From: a virus
Taxonomy: Duplodnaviria > Caudoviricetes
DNA: 56,973 bases
Virus record (IMG/VR): IMGVR_UViG_3300010354_002996
Span: 1-56,973 of that record
Strand: one strand, 5' to 3'
Both the position numbers and the translations under genes were made by a program. The number at the start of each line of letters is the position of its first letter. Within the stretch, counting starts at the first letter, position 1. The notes beneath the pieces are model-generated. The model did no database searches and had not been told where the DNA came from. It saw only the letters and a program-made list of their open reading frames with translations. Of this stretch, positions 39,201-47,705 are shown piece after piece.

Positions 39201-39615
39201 GGCTGACGGTCAAGACGCAGAAGATCTTCGTATATATCTAACAGGTTATAAGCCTTCTGGATCTGACATCCATGTATTTTATAAAATTTTGCATGGAGAA
39301 GATAGCGATACTATTCGTGATGCTAGATGGATTCCGATGGAAAGAGATGTAGGCGAAGGATTCACTTCATTGTCTAGATATTCTAGCAGCGAAAATCGTG
39401 ACGATTTTATTGAGTTTGTTTATAAGATTCCTCAATATTCAAACATAGCTCGTTCTGGTGCTAATACAGCTACAGGTATTGTAGAATATCGTAACAGTTC
39501 ACGAGCAAGATTTGTCAGTTTCAAATACTTTGCTATTAAAGTTGTTTTGACCAATCCAACTTCATCAAATCCGCCCAGAGTACGTGAATTGCGGGCGATC
39601 GCACTACAGGTGTAG
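33253..39615 (+). CDS. Large virion structural protein (DUF4815/VrlC-like)
   Basis: NVAPYYDDFD, ILFRPGLAVQARELTQIQS, APGAARLK, RTYDESGDY, RYTMKDIG, DRFKNGILVDSF, DPIAQTF, LRAIAL. Confidence 0.88.
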   Translation: MANEANNVTLNTNFNVAPYYDDFDETKNFHRILFRPGLAVQARELTQIQSILQNQIDRFASHIFKEGSTVQGLEMNYDPVYNYVKLRNNNSTGSSVNVGSFLNKTIKGATSGVIGLVVNTTQGSEANTPNFKTFFVKYLSANTSTGYRYFANNEILNDVAGSGLSCNTITSSQGGATGFGAAAEFNGGIVYAKDHFIRVPAQTVIISKYNTQTASGRVGFDITEEIITEINDTSLLDPAQGSYNYAAPGAARLKLSVELINVPLNQTVSNTFVQLLVVENGTVQSISNRTQYSQIRDYMAQRTYDESGDYIVSGFAPIITEHLKQANNQGKYTSAEGGNSSLLFVSVEPGKAYVKGYDVENIISSGSSIEKALDYRSVESAKALADYGNYVIVDNVAGQWDVNQQGTISLRAQQANSVSNKTYSTISFPSSHIGRARVRGVQHYSGTPGLPSAQYKLYLTDIVMNSGFSFSNTQFIGWNSSTGANGHADIIVSNGKNANTFDSRFNRAVFSLPAGPIRKLRDTSGNVNNDFSFYKSFDVTFSSTSGQATITTGDSSETFDGSGVLSDAATRTDFYVVSRAAANTGTFTETLSTTSGSNTVTASATIDGKVNPGDIINIHTGGGNFLVSAVSGTTINLFENATASGAGKAFHKRFVSGQILDFAGVGKDGNRSITISGTPSTTALLDMNEPLTSTMAATAIVILNKIDGQEATKTVNRNRLVQIHVGSNRGGSGYTANTTGPWNLGLSDGFKLNSVRKKSSSDFSSTTDGTDVTSNFTLDTGMNDGYYDHAKLVKKSTSKLSIASGDRLLVSFDYFTHSNRDRGYFSFDSYPVNDQTAGSDTTKIYTYEVPLFTSQTDGSVFDLRNSIDFRPRITDTANSVTTVTNIATNPLTSLTVTSVSGGLHFSPPNEDFTTDLDYYLRRNDVIGVKKDGQIDIIRGVPDAFPSTPPTPHDVMPIAQISLAPYPSLPNEIGRRVNRPDLTNRIRRIKNKRYTMKDIGKIAERIDRLEYYSALSLTEKNAKDLLIQDENGLDRFKNGILVDSFTGHNIGNVFDLDYKISVDSKRNEMRPLFSLDNTSLNYTANSTNVVRTNVTPAGVSRDQTISISNSQVLFSNGETLTSGAFSAKLRHKSDNKLYIEAATGNFVVSASVTGSTSGHTATISAVSAITPGSLVTLPYTHDILVQQPAATTTRNCVGTAYNYNGNLFITPDSDYWYDTTQRPDAEINIDLNTDNWLHLANSWQTQWQGWETIFTGEPSLVSETTTDVGDRFLGDRVGAFWQVLQGTLTEQIFTTPTIEARSGVRDIVNVTTDTQSIGNFVRDVSIQPFMRSQQIFCKMVGMKASSRLWAFFDGIDVNAYVQPLTESEYNNRLRSQNNGGIEFCVLPTSQFGDPIYSDSEGNAYVLFRLPNDESLRFRTGTKRLKFVDNPTNSTTFGQFTTSAETEYTAEGLTSGVSDISVSTRRPVIETIPQYEERGNSFNTQNSIPGQRLVGWWRPRSNDPIAQTFLIAGLLKAQIETSGMYLTKIDVFFSTKDSKLPITLQLQEVDQLTGALTSRVVPFSRTTLNPSEVHVSDDGSKPTTFYFPSPVYLQEGKEYGAVLIPAAANPNYNVFTSVLGELDILTGATVSEQPACGFLFTSANQRTWVPVENEDLKFTAYYAKFDTSVTGNLTVKKPEMEFLTVANNTGGFLKVGEPVTGETTLIGTFAPGSGLTGNVASSNSFVQGMVSGATGIITSITSNKVTVRGVSTTAKFKGKEAVRFRLGANATHSPIAGNSTGVITSATYPIGRVYMFDTVNFANNRLYVSNSSHVNSGSLWANGRLFSVNSWVRGQIDGNQAKVVTINNLVADDINLQTNMILPSNTAVTASMKMATSTSARDSSYVRVNINNNTELGNPRYIISRANEANTSATSATMGTNKSVEFKYDIVSRNLVASPAIDLERLSFVSMHNLISSNTDIGSSEDYVSFGGNSLSRYITRTVTLADGQDAEDLRIYLTGYKPSGSDIHVFYKILHGEDSDTIRDARWIPMERDVGEGFTSLSRYSSSENRDDFIEFVYKIPQYSNIARSGANTATGIVEYRNSSRARFVSFKYFAIKVVLTNPTSSNPPRVRELRAIALQV

Positions 39616-39616
39616 T

Positions 39617-39832
39617 ATGAAACACGCTAAAATAAAGGAAGAACCAGGACTAATCCGCGATATGAATAGTCAAGCCGTTATAAGCAATGATTTAAGCGGA
39701 TTATCTTCATATAAACGGCAGCGCGAAAAGATGAAACGGATTAGTGATCATTCTAAGGATATAAATAACCTCAAAGAAGAAATCAACGACATCAAATCTA
39801 TGATGCAACAGATTCTACAGAAACTAGGATAA
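39617..39832 (+). CDS. Small conserved coiled-coil protein that follows the large structural gene
   Basis: LIRDMNSQAVIS, DINNLKEEINDIKSMM. Confidence 0.75.
   Translation: MKHAKIKEEPGLIRDMNSQAVISNDLSGLSSYKRQREKMKRISDHSKDINNLKEEINDIKSMMQQILQKLG
39760..39767 (+). promoter_or_regulatory. T4-type late promoter TATAAATA
   Basis: Exact match 73 nt upstream of the fibre gene, but inside a CDS. Confidence 0.5.
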
Positions 39833-39839
39833 ATGGCAA

Positions 39840-41267
39840 ATGGCTAAAATCGCAAATGTCGCACTAACTAATACATTTGATTCATGGAGAACTCGTTCCA
39901 ATGAAGCATTTGATCGTTTGAGTCAATTTGCTATCAACAATTCTTCGTTGTATGCTAATACGCTCACAGCAAACGTTGCGTTCGTATCAAAGGGATTAGC
40001 CACTCTTCAGGGAAAAGCAACCGTAGGCACTAATCTTGTCGTTTCTGCAAATACGACTACTAACAAACTAGTTGTTACAAATTCTTTAGCAGTAAGCGGC
40101 GATTCAAATCTTGGTGATGCTGCTTCTGATATTATTAATATTCGCGGTAAGGGCAACACATTCTATTCTTTTGCTGTAGGTAAAAATCTAACTGTTTCTG
40201 GTAACACTTCTGCTGGCGTTCTTACTGCAACTTCAGCAAACGTCGCAATCGCAGCGGCATCTGCTAATCCTGCTCTACGGATTACTCAGACTGGTAGTGG
40301 TCTGGCACTTATTGTTGAAGATTCTGCTTCTCCAGATTCAACTCCAGTTGTAATTGATACATCTGGTAATCTCGGCGTTGGTACTAGAACTCCAACATAT
40401 CCTATTGATACTACTGGCGTCATTCGCACGACTTCTACTACTGGTATCTATTCTAATCAGTTGTTGCTACAGCACGATGGCACGAATGCTTATGTTCGCC
40501 CAACAAATGCTGGTGCGTTATATCTTGGTTCGAATAATCAGAACCGAATCATCATTTCTTCTGATGGTCTTACAACTGTCAATCAGTCATTAACAGTCGG
40601 CAAAAATCTTATTGTTACTGGTAATACAACTCTTGGCGATTCAGGCGCAGCTGATATAGTAACAATCAATGGCGGCGTGACAATGAATCAGTCGCTAGCT
40701 GTTACTAAAAATCTAACTGTATCTGGCAATACAACTATAAGCGCGATAAACATTACTGGTGGTATGTCGCTAAGCAAATCATTGTCTGTTACAGAAAATC
40801 TAACTGTATCTGGTAACACGACTCTTGGTAATTCTGCTTCTGCTGATAAAGTAACAGTTACTGGCGGCGTGACAATGAATCAGTCGCTTGTCGTCAGTAA
40901 AAACTTAACTGTATCTGGTAATAGTGCGTTTTCAGGAACAATCAACTCTGCTGGCGCCAATATTCTAAACCAAACGCTAACTGATGGTGCAACTATTTCT
41001 TGGAACACAGCACTAGGACAAATTGCCACTGTTACACTTGGCGGTAATCGTACTATGGCTGCTCCAACAAATCTTAAGGTTGGTACATATATTCTTCGAG
41101 TATATCAGGATGCTACAGGAAGCAGAACAATAACATGGAACAGTGTTTTCAAGTGGACTGCTGCTACTGCTCCAGTTCTTTCTACTACAGCTAATGCTCT
41201 AGATATTATTACATTATTTTCTGACGGCACTAATCTATATGGTTCTTACTTACCAGATATGAGGTAA
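39840..41267 (+). CDS. Tail fibre-like protein with NLTVSGNT repeats
   Basis: N-terminal TNTFDSWRTRSN attachment-like motif; repeated KNLTVSGNT; C-terminal LTDGATISWN...QDATGSRTITW...DGTNLYG. Confidence 0.75.
   Translation: MAKIANVALTNTFDSWRTRSNEAFDRLSQFAINNSSLYANTLTANVAFVSKGLATLQGKATVGTNLVVSANTTTNKLVVTNSLAVSGDSNLGDAASDIINIRGKGNTFYSFAVGKNLTVSGNTSAGVLTATSANVAIAAASANPALRITQTGSGLALIVEDSASPDSTPVVIDTSGNLGVGTRTPTYPIDTTGVIRTTSTTGIYSNQLLLQHDGTNAYVRPTNAGALYLGSNNQNRIIISSDGLTTVNQSLTVGKNLIVTGNTTLGDSGAADIVTINGGVTMNQSLAVTKNLTVSGNTTISAINITGGMSLSKSLSVTENLTVSGNTTLGNSASADKVTVTGGVTMNQSLVVSKNLTVSGNSAFSGTINSAGANILNQTLTDGATISWNTALGQIATVTLGGNRTMAAPTNLKVGTYILRVYQDATGSRTITWNSVFKWTAATAPVLSTTANALDIITLFSDGTNLYGSYLPDMR
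40670..40925 (+). repeat. Intragenic direct repeats in the fibre gene
   Basis: ggcggcgtgacaatgaatcagtcgct at about 40671 and 40863; aatctaactgtatctgg repeated. Confidence 0.8.
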
Positions 41268-41268
41268 T

Positions 41269-42387
41269 ATGTTCGCTGCATTTCTACCAAGACCAACAAA
41301 AGTCGTTACCATTAGTGGCGCTACAAATAATGTTAATCTTAGAACATTATCTGGAAGCCCGCCATATCCTTTGAATTTGCTGTGTTTTATTAATGCAAAT
41401 ATTGGTTCTTCTTCAACAGGAACACCTGCATTTGATATTGGCACTGGTTGGTATAATGGAACTTTCGTTCTAGTCGATAATAATGCTACAATTCAAGGAG
41501 CAGCTGGTTCTCCTGGTTCTACAGGATCAACAGGAGCAACTGGTTCTACTGGTTCTACTGGATCGACTGGTTCAGCTGGCGCAAATGGAGCTGGTGGTGC
41601 TGGCGGACACGGAAGATATTATCTAAATTACACCAGCGGTGAAGCTGGTTCTGGGGGAAGTTCTGGAGAAACTGGCGGCGCAGGTGGGACTGGCGGTACT
41701 GGTGGTCCTGGCGCGAGTGGAGGCACAGGAAATCCTGGCGGCAATGGTGGTATAGGTTTGCTAATTCCTTCAGCACCAGCAGTCATAACAGTCGTAGATA
41801 ATTCTGGCGGCGCTATTAATGGTGGCAATGGCGGTAATGGCGGTCCAGGAGGAACTGGTGGTCCTGGCGGTCCAGGCGGCACTGGTGGTGTTGGTGGAAA
41901 CGGCGGAACTGGTGGTGGTGGCGGTGGCGGTGGCGGTGGTAGAGATTACTACACCGATGGAAAAGGAGTCATTACCGATTATGAATATGGAGGAGGTGGC
42001 GGTGGTGGAGCAGGATCTCCAGTAGGTGCTGCTGGTGCTGCTACCGCACCAGCATCTGCTGGCGCAGCTGGAACATCAACTACAGGTGGTGCAGGCGGAA
42101 ACGGGCAGAACGGAACAGCACATAAGGGCGGAAACGGCGGTGATTTAGGCGTTTCGGGTTCTTCTGGCGCATCGTATTATGGCGTTGGTGGAACATCAAC
42201 TGATGGTGCAAATCAATCTGTAATTAATCAACGTGGTCTTCCTGGTGCTGGAGGAGGCACTTCTGGTGGTCGCGGTGCTGCTGGAGCAGGCGGTCCAGGA
42301 GGTCCAGGAGGTCCTGGTGGAACTGGTGGACCCGCAGGAACTGGTGGCGCAGCAGTAAGCGGAAGCGCAACCGTTTGGGTTTCTTAA
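41269..42387 (+). CDS. Glycine-rich adhesin (gp38-like/polyglycine)
   Basis: GxxGxxG runs and GGGGG tracts; follows the fibre gene. Confidence 0.7.
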   Translation: MFAAFLPRPTKVVTISGATNNVNLRTLSGSPPYPLNLLCFINANIGSSSTGTPAFDIGTGWYNGTFVLVDNNATIQGAAGSPGSTGSTGATGSTGSTGSTGSAGANGAGGAGGHGRYYLNYTSGEAGSGGSSGETGGAGGTGGTGGPGASGGTGNPGGNGGIGLLIPSAPAVITVVDNSGGAINGGNGGNGGPGGTGGPGGPGGTGGVGGNGGTGGGGGGGGGGRDYYTDGKGVITDYEYGGGGGGGAGSPVGAAGAATAPASAGAAGTSTTGGAGGNGQNGTAHKGGNGGDLGVSGSSGASYYGVGGTSTDGANQSVINQRGLPGAGGGTSGGRGAAGAGGPGGPGGPGGTGGPAGTGGAAVSGSATVWVS

Positions 42388-42400
42388 AAGGATATTATAA

Positions 42401-43147
42401 ATGGGAACAATAACAAACGGTTCAACTGGTTCTGTTGGGTCAACAGGTGCAACTGGTTCGACTGGAGCAACTGGTTCGACTGGCGAAAACATAACAGGAA
42501 GTGTTGTATATCCGCTTCCAGGAACATATACATGGACTGTTCCCTATTATAATGTTTTAACCATTGAACTTTGGGGCGCTGGTGGTAGTGGCGGTTCTGC
42601 GTATAATGGCAATACTACTGCTGCTGGTGGAGAAGGCGGAGACTATAAAAAATACACTTCTTCATCGGGACAACTAACTGTTGGTTCAAGCATAACATTA
42701 ATCATCGGAACTGGCGGCGCTGAAAATAGAAGTAATGGCCAAGCTGGTTATGCTGGCGGATACACTGTTTTTGGTGATCGTGTGTGGGCACAAGGCGGTA
42801 ATGGTGGCGGCGGACAATTTGCTGCTGGACCTGCTGCTGCATCATATACTCCAGGAACAGCACACAGCTTTACTCTTGTTACAAGCGAAAGTGGTGGAAC
42901 AAACGGATACAATGTTGCTGGCGGTAACGTAACTTATGCTGGTGGTGGCGGAGGAGGAGCTCGAAACACAGCAGGAGTTTGGAATAGTGGCGGCACTTCT
43001 ACCTATGGTGGACGTGGCGGTGATGGTATGGTATATTTTGGTTATCAGGGTAGCGATCCTGCAGGTGGCGGTGGAGCGACGATATGGAGCACGGGCGGCG
43101 CACGTCGAGGCGGTCATGGAAGAATTGCTTTGTCTTGGACAGTATAA
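42401..43147 (+). CDS. Glycine-rich domain fibre/adhesin protein
   Basis: PGTYTWTVP, ELWGAGGSGG, IGTGG, AQGGNGG, GGHGRIALSW. Confidence 0.75.
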   Translation: MGTITNGSTGSVGSTGATGSTGATGSTGENITGSVVYPLPGTYTWTVPYYNVLTIELWGAGGSGGSAYNGNTTAAGGEGGDYKKYTSSSGQLTVGSSITLIIGTGGAENRSNGQAGYAGGYTVFGDRVWAQGGNGGGGQFAAGPAAASYTPGTAHSFTLVTSESGGTNGYNVAGGNVTYAGGGGGGARNTAGVWNSGGTSTYGGRGGDGMVYFGYQGSDPAGGGGATIWSTGGARRGGHGRIALSWTV

Positions 43148-43150
43148 ATA
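43143..43150 (+). promoter_or_regulatory. T4-type late promoter TATAAATA
   Basis: Exact match upstream of 43182. Confidence 0.65.
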
Positions 43151-43181
43151 TTAGATATTCGTTGATAATAATGAGGATTGT

Positions 43182-43613
43182 ATGAATTTACACTATAAGA
43201 TAATCGAAGCGATAGAAGAAGATCATTTGATTGTTGTTAGATATTGGACCGACAAAATATCAGAACATATGTTATCTTGTGATAATTTCGTTAGAGATAC
43301 TGGCGTTCCCTATAGATGTCGTTCAGACGTTTCAATTACTCTCCCTATTCCAGTCCCACCAGCCGAAGAATTAGAAAAACTAATTTTAGCTAATGCCCCA
43401 TACAGATGGCTTAAAACCCTAGAAGACGTAGCAGATCCAGAAGTTGATACTTCTTTGGATAGTATTAAATCGCTATTGAATGTGCAAAACACCAAAACAC
43501 AAGAAGAACTAGATGAACTTGCCAGACAGCAAGAAATTTTAATGTTTGACGAAAAACCAGAAATCACAGAAGAAGAAATTGAAGAACTGATTAATAAAAT
43601 TACAGCACAATGA
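43182..43613 (+). CDS. Hypothetical acidic protein
   Basis: SD gagga; stop overlaps the next start. Confidence 0.7.
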   Translation: MNLHYKIIEAIEEDHLIVVRYWTDKISEHMLSCDNFVRDTGVPYRCRSDVSITLPIPVPPAEELEKLILANAPYRWLKTLEDVADPEVDTSLDSIKSLLNVQNTKTQEELDELARQQEILMFDEKPEITEEEIEELINKITAQ

Positions 43614-44647
43614 TATTTTACTATGATGCCGAAAAAAATATCTATCCTACACAGTTAGATGCTGTTGCTTCAGGAAAACCTTGCTTCTTTTATTATTACG
43701 ATAAAGAATTTATGCAGGTTGACTGGAAAACTGAACCAACAGAATCTCTTCAAGAACTGTATAGAATACGAGCACAACAGATTCGTGACGAAAACGAATA
43801 TGTTATTGTTTGCTATTCGGGTGGATCAGACTCAACAAACATACTAGAAACTTTCTACTATAACAACATTCATATAGATGAGATTGTTGTGGTCGGTGCA
43901 TTATCACAAGATCCAGAACAAGGAAGCGATTTTAATCACAACGGCGATTTATATCATAATGTGTTTCCGACGCTTACCCAAATGAATTTTCCAAACACAA
44001 AAATAACAGTTCTTGATTATACACAATGGTTCAATGATCCTACCAACTTTACTCTTATTCAAAAATATGGTAATGAATGGAGTAAATATATTGGAGGATT
44101 TAAGAGCGTTCATAATTTGTTTTGGTATGATTTTCGTAAGTTTGTTGGCAAAGGAAACAACAAACAAACTTGTTATATCATGGGATCTGATAAAACGATA
44201 ATATATCCTGGAAAAATTTTTGGATCATATTACACTAAAATTTCAGATTTATCTGTAAGTGATTATGGCGCAAACTATTCGGATGAAAATTTCAAAAGAA
44301 TTAATTTTTACATTTCACCAGAAAAAACTACCACAGATATCATGAGAAAACAAGGACACAGACTAATCAATTATGTTAATCTAAAATATAGTGGCAAATA
44401 TGATACGTCTAAAATTGATCAAACTTTTATCTACTATAATCTTAAGCATCCATTACAGTTCAAATCTAAGAAGTCGACCTATACTGCGTTGAGCGCAAGA
44501 GATAAGTTCATGTTGAATGCAACGAATAGTGAAATGTTTAATATGTTCACTGAAGGTCTTAAAACTATAGAAAAAGTGACTTCAACTAAGAATAGAATTT
44601 ATTTCCATTCTAGGAAATACTGGTTAACAGATTCTATCGAAACTTAG
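43610..44647 (+). CDS. PP-loop (adenine nucleotide alpha-hydrolase-like) protein
   Basis: IVCYSGGSDSTNIL motif. Confidence 0.65.
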   Translation: MIFYYDAEKNIYPTQLDAVASGKPCFFYYYDKEFMQVDWKTEPTESLQELYRIRAQQIRDENEYVIVCYSGGSDSTNILETFYYNNIHIDEIVVVGALSQDPEQGSDFNHNGDLYHNVFPTLTQMNFPNTKITVLDYTQWFNDPTNFTLIQKYGNEWSKYIGGFKSVHNLFWYDFRKFVGKGNNKQTCYIMGSDKTIIYPGKIFGSYYTKISDLSVSDYGANYSDENFKRINFYISPEKTTTDIMRKQGHRLINYVNLKYSGKYDTSKIDQTFIYYNLKHPLQFKSKKSTYTALSARDKFMLNATNSEMFNMFTEGLKTIEKVTSTKNRIYFHSRKYWLTDSIET

Positions 44648-45251
44648 GACCAACAACCCATATAACAATAGATTTACGAATTCCTTTTGTTACGGGAGCA
44701 ACTCTATGAACCATAAAGGAAGGGAACATAATAGCCCTTCCTTTTTTTGTTTGACATGTAATAGGTTCTGATTCTTTTCCAGTATTAATTTGAAATTCGC
44801 CGCCCTCATAATCATCATTTAGATTAAGAGTTACTGATAATTTTCTCATTTCTACATCATCAGTGAAATGGCCACCAAAACTCATATCTGTGTGCCAGTC
44901 ATATCTACCAGTATCTTCAGAATTGTATGTTGTATATTGAAAGGTGTTGTATCCATTAAGATCAAAATTATAATACATTTCGTTTGCAGCTTGAATCACG
45001 AAATTTAATTTATCGTATATCCAAGCAGTATCATCGTTTCTATTAACGAAACAAACGTCAGAAACTCTATGTTTTCTTGTATCTTCTTCCGACTTAGATC
45101 CGAATGTTGTTGCGAAAGTTTTGTCTAATGATTCGCAATGTGAAATTATACTATTGATTTCATCATCGGTCAAAAAGTTGTCCCAATACACCCAAGGATA
45201 AATAATTCTAGAACGAGTGACAGGGTCATTGTAAATAGTATTGTATCTCAT
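44634..45251 (-). CDS. 2OG-Fe(II) oxygenase (prolyl-hydroxylase-like)
   Basis: YDWHTD, RKLSVTLNL, YEGGEF, FPSFMVHRVAPVTKGIRKSIVIW. Confidence 0.92.
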   Translation of the reverse strand: MRYNTIYNDPVTRSRIIYPWVYWDNFLTDDEINSIISHCESLDKTFATTFGSKSEEDTRKHRVSDVCFVNRNDDTAWIYDKLNFVIQAANEMYYNFDLNGYNTFQYTTYNSEDTGRYDWHTDMSFGGHFTDDVEMRKLSVTLNLNDDYEGGEFQINTGKESEPITCQTKKGRAIMFPSFMVHRVAPVTKGIRKSIVIWVVGPKFR

Positions 45252-45931
45252 TCAAATCTTTTCCAATTTTCAATAGGTTGTAGTCCAAGAGGTTTTGCTG
45301 CGCTTTGTTTATATGTTAATAGAATATCTCCAGCCAAACATATTCTATTTTTATTAAGTCCTTCCACATCAGTTGCGCCTTCCATACTATCCATTTGTTT
45401 TCCTATTGTATCATGCGTTAACGTTGCAGGAAATACAAATAGATCGCCTTGTGTTGGTTCAAACTGCCATGTCATTGAGTTTAACTGATCCCAGATTCCA
45501 TTCGAATTATTCCAGCGAATAGAACCAGGATATGGTTCATGACGCCGTTCATAGTTATAGAATCTAATTGGACGAGTAAAATCGTCAGGAATATTTACAT
45601 AATATGTGAAAGATATATGAGCGTCGCCGTGCGCGTGCGTAGGTGTAGAACTATCTTTCTTTATGTTCAACCAAGTCTTCACAACATTAAACTCGAACAC
45701 ATCATCAATGTGTAGTCTTTGAGTGTATTGTTTTGCGCAGGAAACGGCATATCGAAATAGTGGTTCAAAAGAAGGTTCGTGATGTATAGCAACATGACCT
45801 GTAAATTCGGCAGAAAATCCTTCAGGCGTCATGTGATTCCATACATCACGATAAAATGTATTTCGAAATTCTTCGTGCTTATCATACTTAAACTGACAAA
45901 CAAGAGTTGGGAACAAATGATGTTCGATCAT
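45248..45931 (-). CDS. Putative 2OG-Fe(II) oxygenase (TIGR02466-like)
   Basis: LFPT, WLN, HAHGD, SFTYYV, PTQGDLFVFPATLTH, RICLA. Confidence 0.82.
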   Translation of the reverse strand: MIEHHLFPTLVCQFKYDKHEEFRNTFYRDVWNHMTPEGFSAEFTGHVAIHHEPSFEPLFRYAVSCAKQYTQRLHIDDVFEFNVVKTWLNIKKDSSTPTHAHGDAHISFTYYVNIPDDFTRPIRFYNYERRHEPYPGSIRWNNSNGIWDQLNSMTWQFEPTQGDLFVFPATLTHDTIGKQMDSMEGATDVEGLNKNRICLAGDILLTYKQSAAKPLGLQPIENWKRFE

Positions 45932-46902
45932 TTTATATTTTGTCGCTTTCTAATGATATCGAGGATTTCTTTTGGCGAATTTGCTACATCAAAAACCATA
46001 CGTTGTGCTTCTTCCCAGTAAATAGGATCAACAGGAATGTTGCGATCAGACATAGTCTTCATGAATTCGGGATCATTTACTGCCTTGCGAAATGCTTCAC
46101 GAAGTTCGGCGGCACGTTTGGCAGGAACTCCTGGAGGAGCGATGAATGGGCGAAGAAGGACGAACTGACTTTCAAACACTTCAAGTATTTTAATATATTT
46201 TGGATCCCTTGTCAATTCATTTAGTGTAGGAACATTTGTATATTCTGGGTGTCGAATCTTACCGTTGCCGAACTGAACTATCGCTTTTATTCCGCTATTA
46301 GGTTTCAACCAATCTGGTTTAGCAGATTTGATACCGATAAGACTATACACCACAGAATCAACTTCTTTCCGCTCAAATGCAAGGCGATTAGCACCAGTCG
46401 ACGAATATCCTGATATGATTTTCATCTTCAGCCCAGTTATATCTCGAATAAGCATAGCAGAATCTGCCGAAGCTGAATTTTCAGCACCAACAATCAGTTC
46501 TTCATTGATGTAATCTTTATTGCCATTATTAAGCCACATAATCACCGCATCTTTACGACCATCAGCGGTTGATCCTAGCCATACAAACTTTTCAGGATCA
46601 AAATTGGTATTACGAGGTTTAAGCACACCAACAAGAGGAATATTCTTATACACGATTCCTATGGTCGAACCGTCTTTTGGCGCAACATTATAAAGATAGT
46701 TTGCCGCAACCATACTAGCTGCTCCAGGAACAGACTGAAAAATTACGTTTGGTTTTTCTGGTAGATATTTGCTTAAATATGGAGCCAACAACTGAGCATT
46801 GAGGAAATAGCTATTATCGGTTCCTGGAACAATGATTTTAAGTTCGCTTGCTTGCGCAGTCGCAACAAACATAGCGAAGAATAGCATAATAAGTTTCTTC
46901 AT
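45928..46902 (-). CDS. Tripartite tricarboxylate transporter substrate-binding protein (TctC/Bug family)
   Basis: Signal peptide; PGAASMVAANYLYNVAPKDGSTIG, LAFERKEVD, VPTL, RPFIAPPGVPAKRAAELREAF. Confidence 0.88.
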   Translation of the reverse strand: MKKLIMLFFAMFVATAQASELKIIVPGTDNSYFLNAQLLAPYLSKYLPEKPNVIFQSVPGAASMVAANYLYNVAPKDGSTIGIVYKNIPLVGVLKPRNTNFDPEKFVWLGSTADGRKDAVIMWLNNGNKDYINEELIVGAENSASADSAMLIRDITGLKMKIISGYSSTGANRLAFERKEVDSVVYSLIGIKSAKPDWLKPNSGIKAIVQFGNGKIRHPEYTNVPTLNELTRDPKYIKILEVFESQFVLLRPFIAPPGVPAKRAAELREAFRKAVNDPEFMKTMSDRNIPVDPIYWEEAQRMVFDVANSPKEILDIIRKRQNIK

Positions 46903-46920
46903 GGCATTCCTATATAGTAT

Positions 46921-46932
46921 CATTTATAAATA
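46921..46932. promoter_or_regulatory. Overlapping divergent late promoters
   Basis: Plus strand TATAAATA 46925-46932 (gp13); minus strand TATAAATG 46928-46921 (TctC-like operon). Confidence 0.6.
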
Positions 46933-46961
46933 GGGTAAGACCTCTTATCTTGGAGTATTTC

Positions 46962-47702
46962 ATGGCTGTATCATCTCGCCAACAGTTCAAAGACTACGTT
47001 CTCCGCCGCCTTGGCGCTCCCGTTATTGATGTTAACGTAGATAACGAACAGGTCGAAGACCGTATCGACGATGCACTAGCCAAGTTTCGTGATTATCACT
47101 ATGACGGAACAAAACACGTTTACTACAAACATGTTATTACTTCTACCGATATTGCGAATCAATATATTACGCTTCCAGAAACAATGATTGGTGTCACTCG
47201 CGTATTTGATATCAATGATTCATACAGCGCAACGAACCTATTTAACGTTCGTTATCAGCTACATTTGAACGAACTGTTTAATATTGCAAGCGTTTCTGTA
47301 ACTCCATACGTTGTTGCTATGCGGCATATCGAGTTTCTTGAAGAAGTGTTTGTAGGTAAAAAGCCAATCCGTTTCAATCGTCATACAGATAAGCTGTATA
47401 TTGATATGTCTTGGAACGAAGATATTCAGCCAGGTCAGTATATAATCATCGACGGCTATTCTTCACTAGATCCAAATGTAGATACAGACGTATGGGAAGA
47501 TTCTTGGTTAAAGAAGTATGCAACCGCATTAGTAAAGCGCCAGTGGGGTGAGAATCTTAAGAAATTTGAAGGTATGCAACTTCCTGGCGGAATCACATTC
47601 AATGGTCAGAAAATTTGGGAAGAAGCTATCGAAGAAATCAATAAACTGGAAGACGAAGTGATTATGGATTACTCACTTCCCGTCACAGATATGATTGGCT
47701 GA
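46962..47702 (+). CDS. gp13: Neck protein
   Basis: LRRLGAPVIDVNV, QVEDRIDDAL, WLKKYATAL, QWGENLKKF, LPGGITFNG. Confidence 0.95.
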   Translation: MAVSSRQQFKDYVLRRLGAPVIDVNVDNEQVEDRIDDALAKFRDYHYDGTKHVYYKHVITSTDIANQYITLPETMIGVTRVFDINDSYSATNLFNVRYQLHLNELFNIASVSVTPYVVAMRHIEFLEEVFVGKKPIRFNRHTDKLYIDMSWNEDIQPGQYIIIDGYSSLDPNVDTDVWEDSWLKKYATALVKRQWGENLKKFEGMQLPGGITFNGQKIWEEAIEEINKLEDEVIMDYSLPVTDMIG

Positions 47703-47705
47703 TAA

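Noticed and set aside
39840-43147. Diversity-generating retroelement or invertible cassette at the fibre genes
   Set aside because: No reverse transcriptase or invertase, and no adenine-specific TR/VR pair seen in the window.
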